The notes beneath the pieces were generated by a model that worked only from the letters and a program-made list of their open reading frames with translations, did not search any database and was not told the origin of the DNA. A stretch of 59,451 nucleotides of DNA, filler included, from Ionaspis alba (Eukaryota): NCBI GenBank assembly GCA_964255285.1. It is 3 parts of 3 records of this genome, joined end to end, with 100 filler letters (N's around TTAATTAATTAA, not from the genome) between each part and the next. Parts side by side here need not be neighbours in the genome. Positions count along the whole stretch, not along the records: positions 19,884 to 39,641 come from CAXUUL010000258.1; 2 more parts are not named here. One strand, given 5' to 3'. The translations under genes were made by a program, and so were the position numbers. Shown piece by piece: positions 25,147-37,529 of the stretch (positions are counted from its first letter, which is position 1; each line of letters opens with the position of its first letter).

Positions 25147-28100
25147 ATGCTGTATCGGCTATTGCAGGCCGTTTTATGGGTTCAAGCGGTACTCAATGAT
25201 ACGAATGGCCCATCAGAAAGTGCAGATCATGATGTTTCCCTTATTGGGTTCTCCTCTAGATGGCAAACTCTCGGACCATTTCAGATCGGAACAAGAGGTA
25301 TGATGTAGCGGGAGAGTCTCTTTGAAATCCAAAGGCTGATGGGCTGATAGAGGCTGCATGGGGTGCTGACCCTCTGGAATACTTGGGAGGCTTTCGTGCA
25401 CTAAAGTACGATGAGCGAGCTCAATACCATAGCTCTTTGGGGATCAATGGAACCGTGGCATGGTCAGCTCTAGACGCAGATACTGTGCTCTCTAGCAAAC
25501 TCGTTGCAGAATCAATGCTTGACATTGACTTCCCTGATATCGATTGGAATTTTTTGCAATCCATCTATGGTTGGGCGGCATTACAATATCAAGGTTGGGC
25601 TCGAGGCCAAATTATCGTCAAAGGACATGTCTCCCGAACTGTAATTCTCTACACCAATAGTGTGCTTGAATTCTACGTTGATGGCAAATCATATTTTGGT
25701 GGTGATTACTATGGTTATAAAAGGGCTCCTGCCGTGCTTCGCCTGTCTGCAGGACTACATACGATCGACATTCGCATTGTTCGAGATGTCCGTGCAATGG
25801 GTGGTGTTGGCTCTCCAGCTGTGCACATAGATCTTCGAGCGGAGATCTCGACTTCTGGACTAGCTATTGTTGAGGAGAAAATGCTGCTCCCAGACATGGT
25901 CGAAGGGAAATTGGTCAGCGATTTGGCTTCTGTGCCTCTTCGGAACGAGTGCCAGCGTTGGCTAGAGATCCTTGGGATAGAGTCCTCGAAAGTATATAAG
26001 CGCGAGAATCATTTAGGACGAAAGCTTGCTAATTCTCGTAAAGGATTCTTCCCATGTTTCTATGCTCAAGGAGCAACCATTCAAAGTTGCCCCTGGGCAA
26101 TCCAGACCCCTTTCATTCAGATTAATATTGGACAAACCTCGTTCCAACTGCNNNNNNNNNNNNNNNNNNNNNNNNNNNNNNNNNNNNNNNNNNNNNNNNN
26201 NNNNNNNNNNNNNNNNNNNNNNNNNNNNNNNNNNNNNNNNNNNNNNNNNNNGCAATCCAGACCCCTTTCATTCAGATTAATATTGGACAAACCTCGTTCC
26301 AACTGCTATATATTGTTCAAGATTACCTACAGACTTGAAGGTTCTTTTCTGACTCACACACATACCATATCTTCTCAATTCATCTCAAGAACTATCAGTG
26401 AACCCCACAAGATGACATTCCTTCATCCCGCTGGAATTGTATCGTATGCAATCGTTAAGCCACCAAATTTAAATCGCTCTGCTGGGACGGCACAAGCAAA
26501 TGATTCGTTACCCATACTGCTCAGCTTGCATGGTGCTGGCTTGGAAGCCGACAGCCATCAAGTGCGTCATATGCTTGACTCAGCCCCTGAAATTGCTGCT
26601 TGGACCCTGTTTCCTACAGGAGGTACTCCTTGGAGTGGCGATGACTGGCGTAGGGGAAGTCACTCGAAGTTTGTTGTAGTTTCACTAACTCTGTCTTAGA
26701 TACGTGGGGTTTTGCTGATGTGGAGGCGGCTGTGGCTTCAATTCCAGGATGGATCAAAGCCATGGCATGGAATGGTCCCGGAGTTGTAATTGACCAGTGG
26801 TTTATCAGTGGCCACTCGAACGGAGGTAAGCACGTATAGGAAGTTGCAATCATTGGCTGACGTCTGTAAATAGGGCAAGGGACGTGGTTTGCCTTGACTC
26901 ATTGCCCAGACAAGATTATGGCGGCTGCCCCAGTCTCGGGATATTCATCCATTCAGTGTAAGTCAGAGCTTCTCCAAAAGCGTCGAAAGTGGGCTAAAGT
27001 GATCAGCATACGTCCCATACCAATTTTGGCACAAGGCAGACCCTAGAATAGATTCGATACTACAAACCTCCCTCGCTTGTTACAAGCATGAGCTTCTAGT
27101 GGAAAACTATGCTGGTATACCGATATTGCAGCAGCACGGAAGTGACGATGAAAACGTCCCTGCGTACCATTCTCGCCGTTTAAATCAACTCAGCTTCGAG
27201 GCTGGGCAAGATAATACTTACGTGGAGCTGCCCGGCAGGGGTCACTGGTTTGACGGCGTGATGACCACAAAGTCACTTTGCGATTTCTACAGAAGTATCC
27301 GTTGGCGCACCAAAGAAATGCCAGTCCCTCCAGAATCCTTCAGTATCATAGTACCCAGTTCAGGAAACATGGGTCCTAGAGGAGGGATATTTGTCGATCA
27401 ACTCATGACACCAGATCAGCTTGGAAAGATACTTGTAGATCGCCGAGAGCCATTCTGGTCGCTCAAAACCTCGAATATTCGTCGGTTTCACTTTACCCCA
27501 GTCGACTATCGTCGTACGGTCCCGGATCTGATCATGGTCGATGGAGTGTTGTTTACTACTGTGTCCTGCGCAGGTTGGGCCGAATCTTGCTGGTTCATCC
27601 GATCGAGTGGAGGTCCATGGACAGTAGGGCTTCCGCACATCGTCCAGTATCATAACTGACATTATTTAGATTTCGAAGGACAAGTCATGGGGAAGCGCTC
27701 AACAACGATATGGAGCTCAACTAGGTGCCCTTGATGCTGTTCTTCGGACTGCTGACACATTCCTCATTCGCTGCCTGGGATCTCAAGCATCGAGTGTTGC
27801 CATGCAAATTGCAAGGAACTTCTTTCAGTATTTTGCTGCTGACTGTGTCATTTCGATGAAACTAAGCGAGCCCGTCTCTACTGAAGGAAATATTATTAGT
27901 GTTCTTCTTGGCCAATTCTCACTACCAAACTGGCAGCCATTTGCAATCGAGCTGGACCATGTGAAAGGAATTTTAATAAGGGATTCACTGGGAGGAGAGC
28001 GACTGTACCCATTCGAGGAAGGTCTTGGGGCCATCTACCTCAGACCACTACCAAATGAAAGACTAGAAATGGTGGTATGGGGTTTGGATGAGGCTGGACT

Positions 28101-28260
28101 AAATCGTGCAGCTCGTTTGGTGCCGATGCTCACCGGTGTTGGTCAGCCAGACTTCGTCGTATTGGGCAAAGAGAGTGCCTGGAAAGGGATTGCAGGAGCA
28201 AGGGCAATTGGTTTCTTTGATTATGCATGGAACGTATCTGCAGCATCATATTTAAGTTGA
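25147..28260 (+). CDS. Conserved fungal alpha/beta serine hydrolase (peptidase S9-like), multi-exon; interrupted by a false gap
   Basis: LGPFQIGTRE/AAWGADPLE N-terminus, SLHGAG, nucleophile elbow GHSNGGQG (split by an intron near 26826), HGSDDENVP (Asp) and GRGHWFDG (His). Confidence 0.8.
26097..26306. other. 100-N gap flanked by an exact 55-bp direct duplication (overlapping contig ends)
   Basis: 26097-26151 equals 26252-26306; collapsing the duplication restores a continuous reading frame. Confidence 0.92.
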
Positions 28261-28840
28261 CGATACATAGACGCTAAGAAGATAGCTCCGTTGGCCATGT
28301 GGGCGATCGATCTTCCACGCGATTCACACGATTCGCGAGTCCCCGATCTGGTAAGTCTTGGCGTGTTCCATACATAAATACCCGAGTCGACACACCCTGA
28401 CCTCTCTTCCTTCCTACATCCATGGAGCTTGCACCACTCTTGCCAGTCGACTCCAATAAAAGCGTGACAAATACCTTTCGGCCGTTAGGGACATTGTTCC
28501 TTCTATCAACGGTCTTTGCCCATCGAAAGATCTTTCCATTTGTTGGTGCAGTTGACCTCAAGACGTACCTGCCGTTGATGCAACATTCCATCATCTAAGA
28601 TACAGTCCCGCATTTAATTGTTGATTTCCCGTTGACTTCCTTTCACCTTCAACCCATCTTCCCACCTTTGCAACCATCTAGTCAACCACTCTCTTGCACA
28701 GAACTTTTGGAGACTCTGTTCTTCCACTCTGGGTGAAGCATAGTCTTCGACAAGTCTCAACATCATCACAGTACTGGTGGAAGTTTACATCAAGTATACC
28801 ATCCTATACACATCCTTCCAGCAAATTCTTGCTTCAAACC

Positions 28841-31598
28841 ATGTCGGCTGTTACCTCTAAAGCCTCACCGGTAGCACGCGGAAAACCTTCTTCTCAGTTC
28901 ATCATCCATGAAGACTCGGACGTTGCTGAGAAAACCGGGACAGCTCAGCGTGAGCCCAGCTCTGTAAATCCATCGCCCTCATACACCCAGCTTCCCAGCT
29001 GACAGCTGACTCCAATAGGGTTCCAAACATTCCATTACCACAAGCGATGGTATGGTACCACTCGTCTCTACCAAACTTGGGAACATCAAGCCGCAAGCAA
29101 GCAACGCTACTGCTTCTGCCACTAAGGTCGACAATCCACTCCATCTATTGGTTACTCCAGATTTACTGACAGACCTAGAAGCTGAAGGTCGATCACTCCG
29201 TTCCCTCTGCAAACGAGAATGATGCTACTTCCATGATCGATCTTCTCGCCAAGCTCTCTGCACAACAGGCGTTGCTTGCAAAGCAGAAGGAAGCTTTATC
29301 ATCTTCCGAAAGCAACCTTTCTCCTGCCGACCGCGATGAGTCAATCGCTGGCTCTGTACCACTTACACCAGCTACTGATGACTTTGTCAATACACCAGGT
29401 ACCGAGGATAGCGTGGATGACAAGACAATCCATCTTGATGCAGCGGAAATGCTTCGCCTGAAGAAAGAGCTGGATGCCGCCAACAACAAGATAGCTCGTC
29501 AAGAGCAAGAGCTCTCTCAGACGCGTGCCACAAAACCAAACTTCGACCAAGCTCAAGGTAAGTTTGACCCCATCGAACGTACCATTGGCAACCTGCAAGA
29601 TTCGTTCAATGCGTCCAGTCGTCCCTTCGGTGGGCGTCAAGGATCGTTCGGTCCTCAGGATGATGCACAATCAGATATCTCTGACGCATTGTCTGCTGGA
29701 GCCTTCAACCGAGCACAGAACATATGGTCTAAAACTTCAGGGAATGGTTTAGTTGCCGGAATTCCGGGCCAGATTGGTCAGCAGTATCCGATCAATAACA
29801 ACATCTGGGCTCAAGGTCCAAGCCGTACCTGGATGAATCGGCCTTTGGCTCCTGCTTTGCCCCCAATCATGGTACCCCCGCAGCAGCCACATCGTACCTA
29901 TTCAGGTCCAACATCTCCAATCTCTATCGGTAGCGGTCGTTTTATGAACGAGCTCAACCAATTCTCAGGTGGTCTTAAACGCTCAAATACCCAGAACAGC
30001 CGCTCTGGCTCCGCCTATGCTCCACCTCGTGGCCAAGGTTGGGATATGTATGGTTCTGGAAACGATGGATCATCTGTGCTCAGCACCAGTCCTACTTCCT
30101 CGTACCAACCTATGGGAATGTTTCAAGCACCAATGGCATACCAGCCCCGTCCTATCGGTACACCCTTGTCGCCTACTGCCGCAGAGTTCACCACTAACAG
30201 CGGAAATGTGGGCCCATGGAACTCTGCTGTAAATCAGAGCCTTCTTCCTTCCATATCTCTGCTGACACTGTCACAGCCACCTTCATCTCCAGGTCAGACC
30301 TATGTCTCTCCAATGGAGCCTCTCAACTACCGACGTCTTCTTGATCGAAGTGTCACATGCAATTGGAAGTACATCGTCGACAAGATCGTTTGTAACAACG
30401 ATCAGCAAGCCTCGATCTTTCTCCAACAGAAGCTCAAAGTCGGTACTGTCGAGCAGAAATTTGAGATCGTGGAAGCCATCGTCGCTCAAGCATATCCGTT
30501 GATGGTCAATCGCTTTGGAAATTTCTTGGTCCAACGCTGCTTCGAACACGGAACACCGGACCAGGTCATCTCCATTGCTAATGCTATTCGCGGTAACACG
30601 TTGAGCTTGAGCATGGATGCTTTTGGCTGCCATGTGGTCCAGAAGGCTTTCGACGCAGTGCCCGAAGACTACAAGGCCATTATGGTACACGAGTTGCTTC
30701 GTCGTATTCCAGAGACTGTCATTCACCGCTACGCCTGCCACGTTTGGCAGAAGCTGTTCGAGCTGCGCTGGAGTGACTCGCCTCCTCAGATCATGAAGTA
30801 TGTCAACGAAGCTCTACGAGGAATGTGGCACGAGGTCGCTCTTGGTGAGACCGGCAGTCTGGTCGTCCAGAACATCTTCGAAAATTGTCTCGAGGAAGAC
30901 AAGGTGAGTTTTATGTTTCCACCACCATTAATTTAATCTATCGCTGAGTTTGACGACAGCGTCCTTGCATCAATGAAGTCCTCGGTAGTATCGACATTGT
31001 TGCTCACGGTCAATTTGGCAATTGGTGCATTCAGCACATCTGTGAGCATGGTGCTCCGGCGGATCGCAGCCGTGCCATCGATCATGTCCTCCGTTATGCA
31101 ACAGAATACAGCATGGATCAATTTGCCTCGAAAGTCGTCGAGAAATGTCTCAAGATTGGTGGCGCTGAGTTCTTGGAACGTTACCTCGAACGCGTCTGTG
31201 AAGGTCGTTCCGATCGTCCTCGTATTCCTTTGATTGACAGTAGGTCTTTGGCCACAGCTGCTCAACCTACCTTGCTAATGAATTGAACAGTCTCCAGCGA
31301 CCAGTACGGCAACTATTTGATCCAGTACATCCTCACCCATGCCAATGCCCAGCACCGTGAGGTGGTAGCTTCGCACATCCGGTAAGTCGCGTCCAGGGTT
31401 CTATTGGTGAAGCCTCTAATCCTCAACAGCAAGCACATGGTGTCTCTACGTGGCTCCAAATTTGGATCACGCGTCGGCATGCTCTGCTGCAACCCAGCTT
31501 ATGCCACTCGTCCTGGTCCAGGTGTTGGACCACCTGTCAATCGCTTTAACCCAGCTACCGGTGTTCCTCCGGGTCGTTTCGGTGGTGCCTACCGCTGA
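28841..31598 (+). CDS. Pumilio/PUF RNA-binding protein with 8 repeats and an N-terminal coiled coil
   Basis: Repeat cores QASIFLQQ, FGNFLVQR, FGCHVVQK, YACHVWQK, TGSLVVQN, FGNWCIQH, FASKVVEK, YGNYLIQY. The 5' exons are inferred from splice signals. Confidence 0.9.
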
Positions 31599-32474
31599 TA
31601 CGTTCGACACAGGCAGCTTTGCCATTTGAATGCCTATGGCTCTGTAATATCGACTGCTTGGCTTCACTCCTTAGGAGCTTTATCAGAACTATTATGTGGA
31701 ACACCCGGCAATTGCATAAGCTTGGGGCTCATGGAAGCAACTCATCTATCGAGCGTCATCAGCAGTAAAGCATCTTCTTGTGCTGACGTCAATTGGGATT
31801 GCTCTTCTTCTTTACCCTCGTTTCAACATACTAACATTCTAGACCATTTTCGATGTAATCTCAGCTGAAAGCTTTCTATGCAGTCGTTTCGGAAGCACCG
31901 AGCTTCAAAAACTTGAGCTCTTGGAAAGAATCAAAGCACAGAAAAGAGTCAACGGCGAAGAAATAAGGGTGTTCGGAGACATTACGGGTTCTATTCTCAA
32001 GAGGTATGGGTAGTAGTGGAAAAGTGTACGAGAATCATCACTACCAGAGAAAAGGATTTGTATGTTTCGATGTTTTCCTTTGGTGTCATTGGAGCTATCG
32101 AGCAGGGGTTTTTCTTCACAAAATGCGGCGGCTTAATGAGAGAAAGTTGACAAAGGCAAGCTTGTTACTAGTAGTAATCATACGCTCGCTCTGAGCACTC
32201 AGACATGACAGAATTCAAAGGTCTTTTACCATACCTGGTGCACTGTGATATGTGACGAAGACTCCATGGACAGAGAGCCAATGAATACATCCGCTCAACT
32301 GTTCATTAAATTCATGTCGGCCCTTGTTGAGTCACAGAATCTCATGCCCAAAACCCTGTCGAATAGTGCTCTAGGACCACAGATGGGGCTGTCAGACCTA
32401 TGAACTGGAAAGATACGGGTATGAGAAGGGTCTTTGGCCTCATCATTCCAAGCCTTCAGATCAACCACTCATTC

Positions 32475-33097
32475 TTAGAGCCCGCTGTTGTCCACAATAT
32501 TCCCGCTTCCAGCGTCCTTCTCCCAAGGCTTCTTCCTTTGCGGTTTTGCAGCTTGGGTTGCCTGACCTTCTAGTACCGTGTCTGGGATCTCCTTGATTCC
32601 TGGAATGGGCTGACCGCTACTAATCAATTCGACGATGTGGTTGAAGGATGTTGAGTAAGGAGCAGAAGGATCCGCGGTGTTTATAGACGGAGGTGTGACT
32701 GCTGAAGTTGACTGAATCTGGATGGAGGGTGGCTCTCCCATTGCGGAGGGATCCATCGACGAGGAGCCATTCGTGAGAGGGCGAATGACAGCACCTCGAC
32801 TGGAGTGCCAGGTCTGATATGCGAGGAAGTCTATGGGGACATTGTGTTTGCTATCTATGACATGAGCTCAGCCACGTATCGTTCTGAAGGATCCGCCAGG
32901 AGAATGTACCGTGAATAATAAAAGCATCGAGCTCTCAAAGTGAGCTGCTCTGCCTGTGTCGAACTGGGATTCGGACCCAGTATAGCTCGTAGACCACTCT
33001 GAAACTCCTCGTCTGAGTCCCATGGGTACTGCTCGAGCTGCTGGAATAGTCGTACGTCCTCGGACTCCCCACCAACCTCCACGATTGAATCCGCCAT
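32475..33097 (-). CDS. KPWE-motif (DUF5572/PEX39-like) small protein
   Basis: Two exons: YPWDSDEEFQSGL...RARCFYYSR/KHNVPIDF and PYSTSFNHIVELISSGQPIPGIKEIPDTVL...RKKPWEK. Confidence 0.8.
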
Positions 33098-33398
33098 GGG
33101 TCTGAGCCAAGATTGAAGCTGGATGCGGATGTTATGCTGCAATTATGGAGAGCAGCGCTAATTTATGCAAGACTGTGCAGCTTCAATTGGCCCTAGTATT
33201 TCGCGAATGTCAACCTTCAATTGTACCAAATTCAGTTTCCTTACCCACTCCCTGCATAGTCTCTCTCGTTCGATCTCTACGTCTTGTCATCTAGCTCTCA
33301 ATAAATCTCACTCGAAGCCGTTCGAGAGCAGCAGAAAGCTATCACATATTCGTTCTACTGGTCTCCGTCGCTCGCTTGAGCTGAAACCTTCTACCAGC

Positions 33399-35543
33399 AT
33401 GACCGAGTTCATCGGGTGAGGCTTTACCCCTTCGACATATGTTTGCGATAATTAAAGACTGACTATGTGCTCTTCAGGTCCCGCATTTCTCTCATCTCGA
33501 AACGGGACATTCGGTATGACTCTTGGTCGAGATCGGGTATCTTCATATACTCACGCGACTGTAGCTACGTTGGTACTTTGCACGAGATCAGTTCGGAAAA
33601 TTCAACCGTCGCGCTCGAACAAGTCGTCTCGTTCGGTACTGAAGGTAGAAGGCCAGATGACGAGGTGCCGGCTTCGGACAATGTCTACGAGTACATTGTC
33701 TTCCGCGGTAGTGATGTCAAAGATTTGAGAATTGAGGAAGGGCCCAAGGAGAACAATCCACCGCCTCCACAGGTACCGGATGATCCTGCTATTCTCGGGG
33801 TAAGCGAACACTACCACCGAGTCCTCTCATTTCCGCTTTTCGCTCCGTGCAATGTGATGAAATATTTCGGATGTAAACACAAAAATACCTCCGAGAGCGC
33901 AAACCCCATGTGGAGACTTTCCGTTGCCTTCCTTCTGATACCTCTACTACCGCCATTCTACTACTATCTAGCAAATCCTTCGAAGCTGAGTGCTGATGCA
34001 TCACCCATAACAGAGCGCACGTCGACCAACTCCAGCGGCCCCCCAGGCTCAACCAGTCAGCCACATCCAACCAGCCGCTCCTCTCCATCAACAGCAACAG
34101 AACCAGGCGCAACCGCAGCAACGACCACAACAGCCTCCGCCTCATTTCCAAAACCAATCTCCATTTCAGTACCCATATCCGCCACCGAATCAGCGTTTCG
34201 GTCCGCAAGGTTTTCCGCCAGGGCCGGGATTTCCTGGTGTGCCTTATGGAGCTCCTCCTGGCTGGTATCCTCCTCCTGGGTATGGTTTTCCTCCAGGTCC
34301 GCCTGGTCAATTCCATCCTCACCAAATGCCGATCGGTCCGCCTGGGCAACCGCCACGTCAAACTATGCCTCAGCCGCCAACGAACACCCCCGTAACCGGA
34401 CAACCCAAGGTCAAGAAAGATAGCAAGCCTAGCTCTAAGCCAGAATCACCCGTGAAGCCTACCGCAACAGTCAAGCTACCGAGCGCATCTGTAACGCCAG
34501 TCCCTCCTACAACCGCGCAGACCGGTCCACCTCCTCCGACCGAGTCCAAGCCGGATGTCGCTGCTGCTTTGGCCCCACCACTACCAGCGGTGCTTCAAAA
34601 CCAACCCGCTCCAGCCAAATCAGTTCCTACTGGACCAAAGAGTGGAAGAATCATACCTGCGGTCCCCCTACCAAGTCCGAATATCAGAGCTCCGGCGATG
34701 GCAAATGGAACTTCCACAGCAGCATCTGGCAATGCTATAGAGCCGACAACAACCAAGCCCACTCCTACCGTGAGCAAGACTATCGAGGAAGCCAACCGAG
34801 ATGCTCGTGCAGCCGTTGCTGCGGCTATGGCAAAGCTTCCGCCTGCACCAGGGCAAAAGAAGCCAGCAGAAACAGGTGCAATGGACAATCTTACCAGGAA
34901 GGTGAATGAAATGCGTACCAACGACAATGTTAGGACTTCACGCCAACCGGGTACCGGTGGATATGCGGCAGGACATCGTGGAGGTGAGAGAGGAGCCCAC
35001 CGTGGTGGTCGTCGATACAGTGAACAGCAAGGCAAGAAGGTGGAAGTTCCAACTACGGACTATGATTTTGCGTCGGCAAATGCCAAGTTCAATAAGCAGG
35101 ATCTTGTCAAGGAGGCCATTGCCACAGGATCTCCAGTCGGTATCTCTGGGGATGGTGCGATTCCGAACGGCGCAGAGGAGCCCAAGGTCACCGGCAGTGA
35201 TGAGAGGAAGGTCAGCGAGCCGACTATGACGATACCGGCTGCTGTCGGCTACAACAAGAGCTCGTCTTTCTTTGATAATATTTCGAGCGAGATCAAGGAT
35301 AGAAATGAAGAAGGTGGTAATAAGCTTGGGGGTCGTGAATTCAGGAGCGAGGAACGTCAGAAGAATCTAGAGACCTTTGGACAGGGATCGGTGGATAATG
35401 GGTACAGAGGTGGTTACGGCCGAGGCGGTCGTGGACGTGGAAGAGGATATGGTAGGGGCAGAGGTGGCAGAGGTGGTTTTGAAGCGAGAGGTGCGAGGAG
35501 CGTGGTTAGAGGTGGTCGTGGAGCTGTTGTTTCGGAAAGCTAG
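33399..35543 (+). CDS. SCD6: Lsm14/Scd6 (Sum2/RAP55) translational repressor and P-body protein
   Basis: [26 protein letters not shown]...VSFGTEGR...[14 protein letters not shown] (LSm domain), [13 protein letters not shown] (DFDF box), SSFFDNIS (FFD box), NLETFG (TFG box) and an RGG tail. Confidence 0.95.
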
Positions 35544-35987
35544 ATGCAGATGTCTGGCCTGTTCTTACGGGAGGAATTTTTACCTTGTCTCATGATGGGA
35601 TGAAAGGGTTGAAGGATAAGACGAGAGCGGCATTATTGCTGATACTTGAAAACACGACGGATATTAACTGGATGGCGCTGGTTACTGGTTTGGGAGGAGG
35701 AAAATCAGTGTATCATAGTCGTCTAGTTTGCGCTTCTAGGAAGACAGTTGCGGTGGTCCTACGATGGATATCTGCTTAATCTATACCGATGCTCCGAGAA
35801 TTACTTTTATCAGTGACTTTTCTTATATTGATAAGGATAGCGTTGGCATAGACTACCGACCCCCAGCATTGGGATCACAAAACCTTCGCTTCTTCTCCTT
35901 GACCTGCTACTTGCTCTTTCTCCGGGCCTTCTGTTTTTTTCAGTTCGACCCGTCTTACCCAAGAATACATCATCCCGAGACGGGAAT

Positions 35988-36759
35988 ATGGAGGCTGAAA
36001 AGGTATGATTAAATCATTGAAGCAGCGGCATCCTGGCTAATCTTGTGTAGATACTGATGCAACAAGCTGTCCTACGTCCCTTCCCCGAGTACGCAAAGTC
36101 TCCCCTAGGCTTCAATCACAGTATTGACATCCTTCGAGACTCAGAGCATCTGCGAGATCAAGCAGCAGAGAACAGGATCTAGAGATCACGATCCAGAATC
36201 TCAAATCGCGCAACGACGCCGTTAAGTAAGCCATTATTTTATTTTCATGCGCAAATTGATGCCCAACTCCTAGAATACTATTCGAACAATCTCCAGGTCG
36301 GATCTCCTCCATCAAGCAATATCGAACCTCCCCCCACTTTCCACTCTCCCTTCGCAAGTCCCCGATCCTCGCCTCCGCTCCCATCCTCGAAGTGACGAGG
36401 GCGAATTACTCCTTGCTTCACTAAACTCATCCTGGAATCCACGCGCTGTGCCTCCAGAGCACCTAGCGGAGCAGGTATCATGGCTTCGGTCTCAGGGAGG
36501 AGATGAATTTGGACGTGTAGGTGATGCTTTGCTAAGACTCGATGACTACGAGAGGAACTCTAGAAGAGGATTGGAGGAATTGGAGGCTGCAAGGGAGGAA
36601 CTCAAGGAAGAGGATTGGAAGAGAAGGGAGATGGCGGTGCGGCTGGCTGCATGGGAACCTAAGCCAGAAGGCGTGGTAGATTCCGAGGCTGGGAGGGACC
36701 CGAGGAGAGAAGGGAAAGGGGGATACGATGCTAGTCGCGATCCGAGGCGGAGGAGATGA
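35988..36759 (+). CDS. Hypothetical protein, about 4 exons, with predicted coiled coil and C-terminal YDASRDPRRRR
   Basis: ATG at 35988 followed by a GTATGA intron 36003-36050; further candidate introns; last exon open from 36274 to 36759. The internal splice model is uncertain. Confidence 0.55.
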
Positions 36760-37105
36760 TGATGTTGTCCGTGGGCGTCGTGGTTATGGCACCTTAGCGC
36801 CAAGGGTAGCATATCGGCCCCTCCAAGAGAAGCAGATGCCATGTAGCATGAGAGATATAGCATTATTATTGTTCTAGAACACTGCTGTCAAAGGCACTAT
36901 GTTCATGAGAATCGCTGATAATGGTAGGGTAGCAAACCCTGTCAAGGAAAACTCTACGTCATTGCCATTGGGCAAAGACATTGCAGTCGACATAGACACA
37001 CCCCGTGTATCGTCATTGCTCTTCGGTATCCTATCAGCCAAAGAATCCAGCACTCGCTACATCGCATTGGCTCACGTTTTCAAGAGCCGCACACGGAAGA
37101 CCATG

Positions 37106-37315
37106 GAACTGGGAAATTATGGAGCTCAGATTCCTAATTGATTATAGCTTGCTACAGCCTNNNNNNNNNNNNNNNNNNNNNNNNNNNNNNNNNNNNNNNN
37201 NNNNNNNNNNNNNNNNNNNNNNNNNNNNNNNNNNNNNNNNNNNNNNNNNNNNNNNNNNNNGAACTGGGAAATTATGGAGCTCAGATTCCTAATTGATTAT
37301 AGCTTGCTACAGCCT
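37106..37315. other. 100-N gap flanked by an exact 55-bp direct duplication
   Basis: 37106-37160 equals 37261-37315. Confidence 0.92.
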
Positions 37316-37529
37316 TTTCAGTCAACGTGCTGAACCGAACTACTGTGATTCGCTAGTACTACAGCAAGTATCTCCTTCCACCATAAACCCTTGTCAAGAA
37401 GAAAAATATGCAGAAAGGTACAAAGGTGTACGATGCTGTCATTCTTAGGAGGAAAGTGGTCAGACAGCTCAACTTTTCTCAAACATTCGGACTGCTTCCA
37501 CCGCGTTGTTTGGGTAGAAGCTCCTCAGA

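Noticed and set aside
37106..37315. 55-bp direct repeats as LTR or target-site duplication
   Set aside because: Same length as the intragenic case, where collapsing restores the frame; assembly overlap.
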